From: Pirellulales bacterium | Lineage (GTDB): Bacteria; Planctomycetota; Planctomycetia; Pirellulales; PALSA-1355 | Length of the DNA stretch: 64,000 nt | Assembly (NCBI GenBank): GCA_963733035.1 | Contig: CAVTBU010000004.1 | Span: 192,001-256,000, forward strand | Direction: 5' to 3' | Shown here: positions 1 through 11,600 of the stretch, in pieces | Numbering within the stretch: position 1 is the first letter of the stretch | Layout of the letters: every line of letters starts with the position of its first letter | Translations under genes and position numbers: made by a program | The notes under the pieces: model-generated | What the model was told of the DNA's origin: nothing | The model's input: only the letters and a program-made list of their open reading frames with translations | Database searches by the model: none

Positions 1-371
1 GTGGCCGTCGAGCCGATGTCGTTTCGCTTGCCATCGACGATTACCAACAACCCCCTGTCTCGTGCGTAGGTTATCACCTCGGCTAGCGCCGCCATCCCCG
101 GCGGCCCCAGCTGTTCGAAAAATGCCGCCTGAGGTTTCACGGCCGGCACGATGTCTGCAATGACATCGATCACGCCGCGGCAAAACAGGGTAAAGGCGGC
201 TGCCTGACTCGCGTAGTCCGGAGCATCCTCAGCCCGCAAAGGCGCGGGCAATTGTGTGTAACGCGGGTCCAAGCCCACCAGCGCCGGCGTGCCACACCGC
301 TTCACGGCCGCCGTCAACCGGTCACCAAAGTGCCCCTCCGCCCCGCCCGATTCTCGCTCAAGTGACGACAT
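1..371 (-). CDS. pyrF: Orotidine-5'-phosphate decarboxylase, 5' part (runs off the window edge)
   Basis: Manual minus-strand translation from ATG 371 gives ...LVGLDP...VPAVKPQAAFFEQLG...IVDGKRNDIGSTA, containing the OMP decarboxylase DxKxxDIxxT motif. Not in the ORF track. Confidence 0.93.
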   Translation of the reverse strand, partial: MSSLERESGGAEGHFGDRLTAAVKRCGTPALVGLDPRYTQLPAPLRAEDAPDYASQAAAFTLFCRGVIDVIADIVPAVKPQAAFFEQLGPPGMAALAEVITYARDRGLLVIVDGKRNDIGSTA

Positions 372-574
372 GCTGCGATTCGTTCCCCTCGAAAATGCCA
401 AGGCCGATAGCCGCCCCCTCACTGCTCTGACGCCAAATGCCGTATCATACCGCAAGCCCAGCGTTGTCCCCAGAGGCCAACTCCCGACAGCCGCCATCAG
501 GCGTTGTCATATTGTCGATGATCTGCGATATTTCCGTTCGGCACTCAGCTCGCCAACGAGCCCGAGTTCCACCA

Positions 575-649
575 CGGGGCGTGGCGCAGCCTGGCTAGCG
601 CGCTTGACTGGGGGTCAAGAGGTCGCAGGTTCAAATCCTGTCGCCCCGA
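575..649 (+). tRNA. tRNA-Pro(GGG), CCA not encoded
   Basis: Cloverleaf: acceptor stem CGGGGCG/CGCCCCG, anticodon arm CTTGA-CTGGGGG-TCAAG, T-arm GCAGG-TTCAAAT-CCTGT. Confidence 0.97.
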
Positions 650-660
650 CTTGTTGTAAC

Positions 661-716
661 TTCAAGTTTCGTAGTCGGTTGCGAGCGTGACTGGCGACCG
701 GATTTGAACTTTTCTG
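661..716 (+). terminator. Post-tRNA hairpin plus T-rich tail (imperfect copy)
   Basis: TTCAAGTTTCGTAGTCGGTTGC...GTGACTGGCGACCGGATTTGAA-CTTTTCTG, homologous to 55569-55624. Confidence 0.55.
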
Positions 717-778
717 CGGCGCCTTAGCGCAACCTTTTGGCGGGAAGACATTTCCGACCTGCCAGCAGCTTGACGCCC

Positions 779-976
779 ATGTACATCCCGGGGAAGAGCG
801 TCAAAAGCAGCTTCTACGGTAGCCATCCGAGCCTCTTGGATCTCGACAACGGCAATCTCAAGATGACCACCGACTTCCGCAGCGTCTACGGCACGATGCT
901 CCAGGAGTGGATGGGGTTCGACAACAACAAGGCCATTTTGAAGGGCGACTACCCAGCGCTCGGCGTGTTTGGTTGA
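779..976 (+). pseudogene. C-terminal fragment of a DUF1501-family protein
   Basis: YGSHPSLLDLDNGNLKMTTDFRSVYGTMLQEWMG resembles the conserved DUF1501 C-terminus. The N-terminal part is absent. Confidence 0.7.
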
Positions 977-1029
977 ATCGTTGAATGGATCGTGGCCAGC
1001 ACACAACGACACAAGGGAACGAGGCGTCA

Positions 1030-1212
1030 ATGGTCCCAAGCCGCATCTTGCTCGGCGTAGTTCTAGTCGGGGTCGCGCAGGCAATATGCATGGTTGCCAG
1101 CGCGGCAGCGTCGGCCGATGTGGACATGGTCGCAGCCCCGCTCGGCCAGAAGCTCGACGAGCTCATGATTTCGGTAATGCTGTCGCAACGTTTCGAGACA
1201 CAGTCGAATTAA
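1030..1212 (+). pseudogene. Possible N-terminal fragment of a secreted protein
   Basis: GAGG upstream of the ATG and a signal-peptide-like start (MVPSRILLGVVLVGVAQA...AAASA); only 60 aa. Confidence 0.3.
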
Positions 1213-1224
1213 TCGGCAGTATCG

Positions 1225-2372
1225 CTACTCGGTCGCTTCCAATTCCACGGCAATCGTCACTTCATGGTCGTTGCGAACGAGCGTCAGCTGGGCGCGCTGG
1301 CCAACTTTGTATTTCTCGAAGGCCAGTAGCAAGTCATGCGTGGCATGGACCGGAGTAGCGTCGATCGCAGTGATGACGTCGCCAAGCACGATTTCCCCCG
1401 CGCGGTGCGGCGGGTTGGTCGCAGTCCTGCTGTCGCGGCTGTGCTACCCCGCTTAACATCCAGAACAAGCACCCCGGGTAGTTCCAGGCGTCGGGCAATC
1501 CGGTCGGAAGCTAGTGTCAACGCCAGGCCCGGCCGGATGATCTTGCCGTGTTCGATTAGCTCGGGAACGACCCACCGCACAGTGTCAACCGGGATTGCAA
1601 AGCCGATTCCTGCATAGGTGCCCGAAGGACTGAAGATGGCCGTGTTCACTCCGATCAATCGGCCAGCGCTGTCCAACAGCGGACCGCCGCTATTGCCGGG
1701 GTTGATCGCGGCGTCGGTTTGGATCACGTCCTTGATGGGCAGTCCCGTCAACGACTTGATCTCGCGTCCGAGGGCGCTGACTACACCGGTCGTTAGCGTA
1801 TGGTCAAGCCCGAATGGGTTGCCAATTGCAAAACATTTGAGGCCGACTTCCAGATCGCTTGACGTTCCCAGCGGCAAAGGGTGCAGAGACTCTGCTGGAG
1901 CATCGATCGACAATACCGCCAGATCTTTCTCTGGCGCAACACCGACCAGCTTTGCTCGATAACTCGTTTGGTCGTTGAATGCTACGGCCGCCGAATCTGC
2001 ATCACGAATCACGTGGAAATTCGTTACAACGTGCCCTGCACGATCCCAAACAAATCCGGTTCCGCTCCCACGCGGAGTCTCGTAGGCATCGAGGGAGAAG
2101 AAGTCTCGCTCAATCGCGTGGGTCGTAATATGAACAACAGAGGGCGAGACGCTCTTGAATAGCACCGTAGTGCCCTTTTCATCTTCCGCGATATCGCCGC
2201 GGGGCACCGGAACCGGTGGGTTGGAACTTTCAGGGGGACGGTCAGGGGATTGCGGCCGGAACACAAACCCAACAGCTACGACCACCAGCAGCGCAGCAAC
2301 GGTCGCTAGCAGGACCGAGTTTAAGATAACGAGTCTTTCGACTCGCCGCGCGTGCTCATCGGTATTCATCAC
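1225..2372 (-). CDS. HtrA/DegP-like trypsin serine protease with PDZ domain and N-terminal membrane anchor (one-base frameshift near 1397)
   Basis: Triad motifs VTNFHVI, DLAVL and IQTDAAINPGNSGGPL. Adding one G to a G5 run restores the PDZ end (GEIVLGDVITAID...VELEATE*), with the stop at 1225-1227. Confidence 0.92.
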
Positions 2373-2473
2373 ACTCAGATCAGCTGTTGCAAGCGGTGCT
2401 CATGGGGCCCAACGCCCCGCGAAGTGCTGGACGTTGGGCATCCCAAGGCGCCGGCACGAGAAGTGTTTAACAG

Positions 2474-3487
2474 TCAGCGCGTCGCCTCCGACTTCTCACT
2501 GGCAGATGTGCGCGTTTCCCGGTGCTCTCGCGAAAACCAATTCGCCACCTGGTTCCAGAACCCGCGGATCTCCTCAGCCGCTGTGGTTTTCCCGATATTG
2601 GCCTGCAGTTTGGTGATGTCGGCTTCGAGCTTTTTAACTTCGTCATCTTCTCGTTCGCCGACGACGCCGCGGTACAGCACTAACTGGTTCTTCGCCTCTT
2701 GGAGGTTGGCTTTGGCGGCCTCGATGCGCTGCTGCTTGATCATTTGCTCGGCAAGTTGCAGCGCCATTTGTGCCGCGACCAGCGGATTGTCCTGCTTGTT
2801 GACGACGTACGAGATCCCGTCCATTTGAGCAAGCTCCAATTGCTGGCGTGCCTCATCAGAATTGTCCGGCAAGGAATGGAGTGCCTTCATCAGCTTGCCC
2901 TCGACGTAATCCAACTCGAGCAGCACCGATGTGTGCAGTAGATCCGCCTCTGCCAGGCGAACCCCTGTTACGTTTGCCGCATCCCGTTTAGCGTCGGTCA
3001 GTGCCTCCACGACCTTCACCGCGACAAGCCCTTCATGGAGAGGAACCCGGTCATCCTGCACGTGGTCAACATCGCGGTACACCTCGTTCCCCTTGGAGTC
3101 TCGGACGATTGTCGTTACCTCCGTGGTTGGCAACAATTCGCGTATGATCTTCACCAGGCTCAGAGCTTCCTCTAGTTGAGACTTGGCGTCTTCCGGCTGG
3201 TCTTGGTCAATATTCTGAGCGGCTTCACTTAGATGCAAGAGAATGCGCGACGACAGCAGTGATGCCTGCCTGAAATCTTCGGGCGAAAGCAATCCTCCTG
3301 GCTTCTGCTCGACGGTGGTCCGGTACTTCGCACCGCTCCCGGTTGTGATCGTGGTCGGCGTGGCGGCCTTCTGCTCCCCGTCTTTGACTTCGTCGCCCAA
3401 CGCAACGGGGGCTGCAAGCATGAGCGAAGTGGCGACCAGCACACTCACCGTCTTGCATCGATTGCGGGCAAGAATGTTGGTCTTCAT
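2474..3487 (-). CDS. Secreted helical protein, YfdX-like
   Basis: Signal-peptide-like N-terminus from ATG 3487 and an all-alpha pattern (LAEQMIKQQRIEAAKANLQEAKNQL) reminiscent of YfdX. Family assignment is tentative. Confidence 0.6.
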   Translation of the reverse strand: MKTNILARNRCKTVSVLVATSLMLAAPVALGDEVKDGEQKAATPTTITTGSGAKYRTTVEQKPGGLLSPEDFRQASLLSSRILLHLSEAAQNIDQDQPEDAKSQLEEALSLVKIIRELLPTTEVTTIVRDSKGNEVYRDVDHVQDDRVPLHEGLVAVKVVEALTDAKRDAANVTGVRLAEADLLHTSVLLELDYVEGKLMKALHSLPDNSDEARQQLELAQMDGISYVVNKQDNPLVAAQMALQLAEQMIKQQRIEAAKANLQEAKNQLVLYRGVVGEREDDEVKKLEADITKLQANIGKTTAAEEIRGFWNQVANWFSREHRETRTSASEKSEATR

Positions 3488-3544
3488 GAGTCTACCCTCC
3501 ATCCAAAACCTCGTTAGAAACCAATCATCCAGGTGTCGCCAACT

Positions 3545-3560
3545 TGCAAAGATAATGCCG
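3545..3560 (-). promoter_or_regulatory. Sigma-54 -24/-12 promoter upstream of the YfdX-like gene and htrA
   Basis: Minus strand reads CGGCATTATCTTTGCA: GG-N10-GC spacing with TTGCA, about 60 bp before the ATG. Confidence 0.65.
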
Positions 3561-3721
3561 AATCGCAGCTGCTGGGGCATGCGGTATTTGGAACGCGCCC
3601 GATGGCCGAAGTCCTGGCCGGCCGGACATTATGACGCTCAACATGCCGGGGATACCCAGTCAATTTGTCATGTGAGACGAAAACTGGCGGTTCGGGCGAG
3701 TGATCGCTGGCGATTCGGAAA

Positions 3722-3737
3722 TGGCACGAGGATTGCA
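3722..3737 (+). promoter_or_regulatory. Sigma-54 -24/-12 promoter
   Basis: TGGCACGAGGATTGCA matches the consensus TGGCACG-N4-TTGCW exactly. Confidence 0.75.
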
Positions 3738-3969
3738 TCTCAATTACCTACATGGTGCTACTTATTGGATCGGTCTAGACTGAGGAGCCGTCCAGATGCC
3801 TGCAACCGCAATCGAGCGGCCCAGTTCCCGACGAACGTCGCAAACAAACTCACGTCGTGCCGACAGGCGAGCGGCACAACGGACTTCGCAATCGCCAAGT
3901 TCCTCTGGCAGACCAGCAAGCAGGCGTTCAGCCTCTGGGCCTGGGCGCAGGTCCATCGCGCATGATCAC

Positions 3970-4221
3970 GTGCCGTCACAAGCCTGGGTAGTAGCGCCGA
4001 GGACCGAAGAGCGGCTCGACACTGCCAGTTACTGGTCCGTGCCCGCCTTGCTCGTTAGTGTTGGTTACATCGTCGGGGCAATCTTGGCGATCCTCTTCGC
4101 GCTCGATCTCGCGATTGGGATGCCATTTTCACGGGCCAGCGTCGTTTTCGATGCCAGCGCGCTGCTATGCGGAACTACGCTGATTTACCTGAGCTGGGAC
4201 GCGTGGGACGCCGTTCGATAA
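3970..4221 (+). CDS. Small two-TM membrane protein (start uncertain)
   Basis: Hydrophobic segments with LFALDLAIGMPFSRAS...IYLSW, resembling a small planctomycete hypothetical family. Confidence 0.55.
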   Translation: MPSQAWVVAPRTEERLDTASYWSVPALLVSVGYIVGAILAILFALDLAIGMPFSRASVVFDASALLCGTTLIYLSWDAWDAVR

Positions 4222-4260
4222 CCGTCCACTATGGGACCGTGTATTCCATGATGCTCTTTT

Positions 4261-4698
4261 ATGACTCAACAAGATTCGCATCCTGACACACGCAGCGGCA
4301 CGCCGGCGATCGATAGGAGACAAAGATCAGACGAGCTCGGTCTGGAGCTTTTTCTGCAGCAGCCAGACTCGCAGGAGATGGCACAACTTCCGGTCTCCCG
4401 CGATGACGACGGCAATGTCATCTATCCCGAACTGGATGCGGATGGACACCACGTTCACTTTGAAATGGTCCCCATGCGCGGTGATTCGATGCTGTGGTTG
4501 ACCATTCGCCGGGGCACGGCCCCAGGGCTGGCCGCCACCTCACTGCGAAAGATCGCAGATCTGATCGATCGCCATGGGCTAAAGCTCCTCAACCTTTTCG
4601 AAGGCAATGAGGGTTCGTTTAGTTCCGACGGCGAGGTTGTGTCAGGACCCCTGAGGCTGAAATACGACGACAACGGAGACCTGATTTTCCCGGGATAA
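4261..4698 (+). CDS. Hypothetical acidic protein
   Basis: 145-aa ORF co-oriented with its neighbours; alternative start at 4378 after GGAG. Confidence 0.6.
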   Translation: MTQQDSHPDTRSGTPAIDRRQRSDELGLELFLQQPDSQEMAQLPVSRDDDGNVIYPELDADGHHVHFEMVPMRGDSMLWLTIRRGTAPGLAATSLRKIADLIDRHGLKLLNLFEGNEGSFSSDGEVVSGPLRLKYDDNGDLIFPG

Positions 4699-4756
4699 TT
4701 GTGCTGGACCTGCTCGACGCGAGAAGGAACTTACGATTCCCAGCGGAGGCGGAAAT

Positions 4757-5446
4757 ATGGCCGGAAGCTTGTATTTCACCCTGGGCGTTCACCACGATGC
4801 GACGCAAAAAAGGATTGCCACAGTGTACACCACCGTCATGCGCGATCTCGAAGTCGGCGGCTATGTAAGCACACCGATCCGCGCCGCCCAACGGGCCTTT
4901 TCCGTGCTCGGTCACCCGCCCTCGCGGCGAGTATATGACAATACCTTCGCCGGTATTGTGAACGAAGAAACGAGGGCGACTACACGCGACGAGTCCATCT
5001 TCACCCAACCGGCGCCTTCGCACCGGGCGGATTTAGGGGCTATGTCCCTTGCGCGCTCTTTTCGGACATCGCATCCATCGTTTGAAGAGATATTCGACCG
5101 TCTGTGGAGCAATTTCGCCGCACGGTCCAGGCCGAAAGCCGAGACGACACGCAGCCTGACAGTCGAAATCCCGATAACCAGGGACCAGGCCATGACGGGC
5201 GGCGCAGCTGAGGTGATGGTCCCGGCGCTGGTCGAATGCGGCGTGTGTCGGGGGACCGGCGGTGTTGGCACTTTCCTGTGCGCTCGGTGCGATGGCCGTG
5301 GAGCTGTGGCCGGTGAGTACCCTCTTCGGGTCGCATTCCCGCCAGGACATGCTCAATACACAGTACAAGTGCCTTTGAGTTCGCTCGGCATTCAAAACTT
5401 CTACCTGACCGTGCACTTTCGGATGACTGGCATTCAAGACTTTTGA
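4757..5446 (+). CDS. DnaJ-like protein with degenerate J domain and CxxCxGxG zinc finger
   Basis: LYFTLGVHHDAT...AFSVLGHPPSRRVYD, CGVCRGTG and CARCDGRG; GGAGG RBS; no HPD motif. Confidence 0.8.
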   Translation: MAGSLYFTLGVHHDATQKRIATVYTTVMRDLEVGGYVSTPIRAAQRAFSVLGHPPSRRVYDNTFAGIVNEETRATTRDESIFTQPAPSHRADLGAMSLARSFRTSHPSFEEIFDRLWSNFAARSRPKAETTRSLTVEIPITRDQAMTGGAAEVMVPALVECGVCRGTGGVGTFLCARCDGRGAVAGEYPLRVAFPPGHAQYTVQVPLSSLGIQNFYLTVHFRMTGIQDF

Positions 5447-5477
5447 CATTGCACTCTTCACTGCCGCTGAAGACACC

Positions 5478-6839
5478 TCACGATTCCAGCCGGTATTCCT
5501 GAATCTTCCGCTGCAGCGTCCGCACGCTGATGCCCAGCGAATTGGCCGTTCGCACGCGATGCCCGTCGTATTCCTCAAGTGTCCGCCGGATTGCTTCCTT
5601 CTCCAGCTCCGCAAGAGTCATTCCCGGCTTCAGCACCGCTTGTACTGGGTTCGCTCCGGTGATATGGGGCGGGAGGTCGCCGAGTTCGATGCGATCCTTG
5701 AGGGACAACACGATGATGCTCTCCAGGGTGTTACGCAACTCGCGAACATTGCCAGGCCAGGCGTAGGCGTGGATGGCTTCCAACGCCTCGGGGGTGACGT
5801 CGTGGACCGGTCGGTTATTGTCCTTTGAGATTTGATCGATGAAGTGCCGAACGAGCAGGTCAATATCCTCCCGCCGATCACGCAAGGGAGGCAGCGAGAT
5901 TTCCACCACACGAAGACGGTAAAACAAGTCTTCGCGAAACTGGCCGGCGTCGACCCGCTGCTTCAAGTCGCGATTCGTGGCCGCTACCAATCGCACGTCT
6001 ACTTCGATCTCGCGGGTGCTGCCAACGGGCAATATCCTTTTGTCCTCGATGGCTCGCAGCAGCTTGCTCTGCAATCCGAGCTGCAATTCGCCGATCTCAT
6101 CGATAAACAGCGTCCCTCCCGCGGCAGCCTGAAACAGTCCCTCACGTCGGTTGGTAGCGCCGGTAAATGCGCCCTTCTCGTGGCCGAAGAGCTCCGCCTC
6201 GATGAGTGTCTCTGGAATCGCGGCGCAGTTGACCGGCAGAAACGGCTGATCTCGCCGGTTGCTGTGCTCGTGCACTGCTCGCGCGGCCAGTTCCTTGCCG
6301 GTCCCGCTCTCGCCGACGATCAGCACGGTGGCATTGGTATCCGCGACGAGCTGAATCTTTTCAAATACCTTGCGCATCGCCTCACATTGGCCGATGAGCT
6401 TGCCCAGCGCGCGGCGATTCTTGATTTGAGCGTGCAATCGGGCAATCTCCTCGGCCATCGTCTGCTTTTCGACAGCTTGCCGAATCCGGTGGGTCAATTC
6501 TTCCGGCTTCACCGGCTTGGTCAGATAGTCGAACGCGCCTAGCTGCAAGGCATTGACCGCCGAATCGACGGTTCCATGAGCCGTCACCATGATCACCGCG
6601 GCATGCGGGGCCTCTTGCCGCGAGAACTTCAGTAGCTCCAGTCCGTCGGTGCGTGGCATCTTCAGGTCGGTCACGATCACGTGAATGCCGTCGTGAATGT
6701 GACCCATGGCCTCCTTGCCATCGCGGACCGCGACGACCTCGAACCCTTCCTCGGTGAGCCATTCGCCGATTGCCTCGCGGCTCATCCGGTCGTCATCGAC
6801 CAGCAAAATGCGGTATTTGGATGTGCTGCCGCGCGACAT
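5478..6839 (-). CDS. NtrC-family sigma-54-dependent response regulator
   Basis: REC (LLVDDD, VTDLKMP), Walker [25 protein letters not shown] and a Fis-type HTH. Confidence 0.97.
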   Translation of the reverse strand: MSRGSTSKYRILLVDDDRMSREAIGEWLTEEGFEVVAVRDGKEAMGHIHDGIHVIVTDLKMPRTDGLELLKFSRQEAPHAAVIMVTAHGTVDSAVNALQLGAFDYLTKPVKPEELTHRIRQAVEKQTMAEEIARLHAQIKNRRALGKLIGQCEAMRKVFEKIQLVADTNATVLIVGESGTGKELAARAVHEHSNRRDQPFLPVNCAAIPETLIEAELFGHEKGAFTGATNRREGLFQAAAGGTLFIDEIGELQLGLQSKLLRAIEDKRILPVGSTREIEVDVRLVAATNRDLKQRVDAGQFREDLFYRLRVVEISLPPLRDRREDIDLLVRHFIDQISKDNNRPVHDVTPEALEAIHAYAWPGNVRELRNTLESIIVLSLKDRIELGDLPPHITGANPVQAVLKPGMTLAELEKEAIRRTLEEYDGHRVRTANSLGISVRTLQRKIQEYRLES

Positions 6840-7801
6840 CAGGTTCCTTCTCCGTGGGATTCGCTGAATTGCCGGGCCGCCAGGGCGAGCGGCGCCTCGA
6901 CACGGCGCACGTTGGGAAGTTCGATGGTAAACGACGTGCCTCGGCCAATCTGCGACGAGCAGCCTACCCGTCCGCCCAAATCTTCGATTGTTCGCTGAAC
7001 GATTGCCAGCCCAAGTCCCGTTCCCTCCGACTTCGTGGTGAAATAGCTTTCGAAGACGCGGGGCATGTCCGTTGGCGATATCCCGTCACCCGTGTCGCGC
7101 ACGATGATCTCGACACCCGATCGATTCTCGCGACATGTAATGCTGAGCGTCCCGCCGCTGAGCATTGCCTGACGTGCATTGACGACGAGATTAAGCAAGG
7201 CCCGCTGAAACTTGCGGCGATCGACAAGCAGATGCACGCCTTGCTCCAGTTCGAGTTCGAGGCGAATGTTCGCACGCTCCAAGTCGAGAGCCTCGAACTC
7301 GGTTACGCTCTTGATGAGTTCGGCCGCGTCGAGATCTTCGAGCTCATCCGCTGCCGGACGCGCGTAAGTCAAAAAATCGTTCAAAAGTTCCTCCATCGCC
7401 TGGATTATCTCGTCTAGTTTCTCCACGCGCGTTGACAGAGCGTGATCGTCGCGAGTGGCTTTGCGCAACAGGCCAACGCGCGACTGCAGTGCGTGCAGAT
7501 GGTTGCGCATCTCGTGCGCCAGCCCGCCCGATAAAAGTGCTAGGTCGGCCAAATTCCGCGTTCGCGCTTTGGACGCGCGCTGCTGCCGGTCACCACGAAA
7601 CAACCGCTGGACAAGGTAGATGCCCGCGATGAGCAGTACAAACTGAACAGCGACATTCAACCAGATAGCGTCGAGAATCTGGCCGCGCAGCGTCTCTGGG
7701 CTGACTGTCCCCAACGTGATTGATGTAAAGACGCCAGCACCGGCCAGAACGACGATGCAGAGAATGATGAGCCAGAGCGCGGGACTGGGGAGCTTTTCCA
7801 T
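6839..7801 (-). CDS. Membrane sensor histidine kinase
   Basis: Two TM helices, H-box LAHEMRNHL, NLVVNARQAM, DTGDGI, GTGLGL. Its stop overlaps the regulator start. Confidence 0.93.
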   Translation of the reverse strand: MEKLPSPALWLIILCIVVLAGAGVFTSITLGTVSPETLRGQILDAIWLNVAVQFVLLIAGIYLVQRLFRGDRQQRASKARTRNLADLALLSGGLAHEMRNHLHALQSRVGLLRKATRDDHALSTRVEKLDEIIQAMEELLNDFLTYARPAADELEDLDAAELIKSVTEFEALDLERANIRLELELEQGVHLLVDRRKFQRALLNLVVNARQAMLSGGTLSITCRENRSGVEIIVRDTGDGISPTDMPRVFESYFTTKSEGTGLGLAIVQRTIEDLGGRVGCSSQIGRGTSFTIELPNVRRVEAPLALAARQFSESHGEGT

Positions 7802-7883
7802 AATCTCATCATCAGCGCCCAGCAGAAGTCGGGCATACCGACGATCGGCTGAATGGGCGCAGAACTGCTCTAATCGGCCAATG

Positions 7884-8264
7884 CTACTCGGCATACATAG
7901 TGGCTTTGCGCAAGAAACGCGGGACCGCCGATAGAAGCAGTGTCGCGGAGACCGGCTTCCGCAGGAACCCGGTTGCCCCCATCGCCAGGGCTTGATCGCG
8001 AAACGAAGTGCGCTCTTCAGTGCTGACGACAATGACCGGCGTGTGCGCGTCTCTTCGGCGAAACTCTGCGAGCAGGTGAAGGCCGCTGTAGTCCGGCAGT
8101 TGCACAGCGATGAAGACTAGGGCTGGGGACGCAGACGCGAGGCGATTGCTGCCTTCCTCGGCGCTGGTCGCCGCCCATACGGAATAGCCATCGTTAGTTA
8201 GGGCTTGAGTAGCCGTGTTGAGCCACTCCTGGTCGTCGTCAATGATGGCTATTTCATCAGTCAT
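7884..8264 (-). CDS. Single-domain receiver protein lacking the phospho-acceptor Asp
   Basis: IAIIDDD...PALVFIAVQLPDYSG...FLRKP, from ATG 8264. Confidence 0.85.
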   Translation of the reverse strand: MTDEIAIIDDDQEWLNTATQALTNDGYSVWAATSAEEGSNRLASASPALVFIAVQLPDYSGLHLLAEFRRRDAHTPVIVVSTEERTSFRDQALAMGATGFLRKPVSATLLLSAVPRFLRKATMYAE

Positions 8265-8460
8265 CGAGGCCGATCTCCTGCGCGGCCGCGTCGTCGACAC
8301 GTTGGCCTTTAGGGTCGGTAGTAGTAGAAACCCAACGCCCCACCGCTTGAGCGAATCCGGTGCCAACTCGGTTTTGAAGCCTGGAACCATGGGCGTTTCG
8401 ACGCCGAATCCGTAGCAGTGACATTCTGGCCGACGTCCCGTCGGCTTGCAGGCGACAATT

Positions 8461-8546
8461 TGGCCGGTTTCTTGCATGGGTTTGGTCCCGGCAACTTGCG
8501 GATCGAACCCATAGCGGGATCGTGCGTAACGGGAACAAGTTTTGCT
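8461..8546 (+). promoter_or_regulatory. Two candidate sigma-54 promoters upstream of the CheBR kinase
   Basis: TGGCCGGTTTCTTGCA (8461-8476) and GGGAACAAGTTTTGCT (8531-8546), both GG-N10-GC. Confidence 0.5.
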
Positions 8547-8666
8547 ATGCCCCCTAAAGCAACCTTTTGCACACGGAATACGATCACGCATTTTTAGGAA
8601 TCGCAATTCAGCTAGCACGTTTTCGAGACGAAGGAGTCCGACTCACCTCTGCCGAGGGCAGCGATC

Positions 8667-11600
8667 ATGGACGAACTGTTGCAGAACTCCGTGCCTCGTG
8701 ACGACGCGCGCAAAGCGGATCACGCTGCCGCTCAGCTGACCTCCTCGATTGATGCTCAAGCAGTGGCTCCAGCGAGTTACTATGTCGTGGGCGTTGGCGC
8801 GTCGGCCGGGGGCCTAGAGGCACTGGAGCAATTTTTCGAACACATTCCGCCGGATTCCGGCATGGCGTTCGTGGTGGTCCAGCACCTTTCGCCCGATTTC
8901 AAGAGCCTAATGGACGAGCTGCTTTCGCGGCACACCGAGCTGGCGATTCATCGGGTTGAAGACGGAATGGCGGTCGAGCCAAATGCCATCTATCTCATTC
9001 CGCCCAAGAAGGAAATGATCATAGCAGGCGGGCGGCTGTTGCTGACCGACAAAGATCCGTCGACCGGCTTGAGCTTGCCGATTGATACGTTCTTTCGTTC
9101 GCTGGCTCAAGATATGGGCCAACGAGCCATCGCTGTCGTTCTCTCCGGCACTGGCAGCGACGGCTCCCGTGGCGTCCGGGCAATCCATGAAGCTGGCGGC
9201 TTGGTGATTGTCCAGAACGAGGAGACGGCCAAGTTTGACGGGATGCCGCGCAGTGCGGTTGAAACGGGAGTCGTCGACCTCATGCTGGCCCCGGCGGCGA
9301 TGTCCAAAGCGCTCCTCAACTATATCCAACACCCGGTGCACGGTCGGAAAGGAGGAGACACGTCGGACAACATCACGTCAGAAACAGACATGAATGCCGT
9401 CTATGGCCTGCTGCGCGGCGAATACGGCATCGACTTTTCTCACTACAAACCGAATACAGTCCTTCGCCGCATCGATCGGCGCCTACAACTGAACCGATCA
9501 GACGATCTGGCGGAATACGTCAAGCAGCTGCGAGCCGATCCGCGCGAATTGAATTCGTTGTACAAGGATCTCCTGATTGGCGTGACACGCTTCTTCCGCG
9601 ACCCAGGCCTATTTGAGCGGCTTGCGCAGGAAGTGATTCCCGACATCCTCGCCAGTGTTCCCGTTGACGATGAGATTCGCGCGTGGGTCGCCGGATGCGC
9701 GACCGGAGAAGAAGCCTATTCGTTGGCGATCTTGATTCATGAGGCGCTTACGGCCGCCGGTCGCCCAGTAAACGTAAAAATCTTTGCCACGGACGTGCAT
9801 CGCGCAAGCCTCGAATTTGCGAGCGCTGGTGTCTACCAGGAGGACGCGCTGACGGAGGTCTCGCGTGAACGCCTCGATCGTAACTTTACCAAGCAGATGT
9901 CGGGATATCAGGTTTCACAAGACCTCCGAAAAATGATCGTTTTCGCGCCGCACAACGTGATCAAAGATGCCCCATTTACGAAGCTAGACCTGATTAGTTG
10001 TCGAAACCTGCTGATCTATCTGCAGCCCCACGCACAAAATAAGGCTCTGTCGCTATTCCACTTCGGCCTTAAGACGCGGGGTGCCTTGGTTCTCGGGCCC
10101 AGCGAGAGCCCGGGGGATATTTCCGACGAGTTCGAAACGCTTGATAGTCATTGGAAAATCTACCACAAACGCCGCGATGTACGCCTGCCGACAGACATGC
10201 GGCTGCCGTTGTCGCCGCTCTTGCCACAGATGCAGGCTGTGAGTGCCGGGCTTCGCACATCAAAGCCGGTTTATCCGGAGCCGAATCTTGTCAAAGCCTA
10301 TGACGAGCTATTGGGAGCGTATGTGCCGCCGAGCTTCCTTGTGAATGCCCAGCGTGAATTGCTCCACACGTTTTCAGGCGCGGGAAGATTTCTGTCGGTT
10401 CCTGATGGCAGGCCATCACAAGACCTGCTGGATATGCTCGACCATGATTTACGGCTGGCCATCTCGGGCGCCCTGCAACGGGCCATGAAAGAAAACGTTG
10501 CCATCGCGTACGGCGGCGTTGCCCGCCAGACGGGCAGTGATGAAAGGCTCAAGGTCTGCGTTCGTCCGCTTCCCATTCGGACATCGGACGATACGTACTT
10601 CCTTATCTCTCTCGAACCGGAAGTCCGGTCACAGCAGCCGGCGCAGTCCGTCAGCCAACTTGACGTCGATGCAGCATCACACAAGCGCGTTGGCGAGTTG
10701 GAAGAAGAGCTTCGTTATACGAAGGAAAACCTGCAAGCAACCGTCGAGGAGATGGAGACGACCAATGAGGAGCTCCAAGCGACCAACGAAGAGCTGGTTG
10801 CGTCGAACGAGGAATTGCAGAGCACCAATGAGGAGCTGCATTCGGTCAACGAAGAACTCTACACGGTCAACGCGGAATACCAGCGAAAGATCACCGAGCT
10901 GACAGAGTTGACCGATGATATGGACAACCTGCTCCGCAGCACGGATGTGGGGACGATCTTCCTGGATCGCGATCTCCTGATCCGCAAATTTACGCCCAAG
11001 ATCGCCCACGCGTTTCAGCTACTGCCCCAGGATGTCGGCCGCCGGATCGACAGCTTTGCGCACAACATCCTTCACGACGGCCTCCTGGACGACGTAAGTC
11101 ATGTGCTAGAGACCGAGGAGCCCTTCGAGCGCGACGTGCAAGACCGATTCGGCCAATGGTTCTTGCTGCGGATTTTGCCCTATCGGTCGAAGGGACGCGT
11201 CGAGGGCGTTGTGGTCACCTTGATTGACATTTCTCGCATCAAGAAGACCGAGGAGGAATTGCGGCGAGTTTCCAAGGTTTTCATGGATGGCGCTGATCCC
11301 ATCATCATCGAGGACATGTCTGGCCGGATCATAGACCTTAACCGCGAGGCCGAACGCGCCTACGGTTGGGCGCGGGCGGAACTGCTGAACAAGAGCATCG
11401 ACGTTCTGGTACCCCCCGAATGCCGGGCGGAAGCGACTGCTCTGCGCGAACAATGCGTTGTCAACGATTCCGTACGGAATGTGGAATCCACGCGCACGGA
11501 TCGGTTCGGCAACTCGAGCCCCGTGTTGCTGACGTTTTCGCTGCTCCACGATGACACGGACCAACCTGCGGGCATCGCGAGCATCGCCAAGGACATTTCT

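Noticed and set aside
289..690. 133-aa ORF
   Set aside because: It overlaps pyrF on the opposite strand and the tRNA; spurious.
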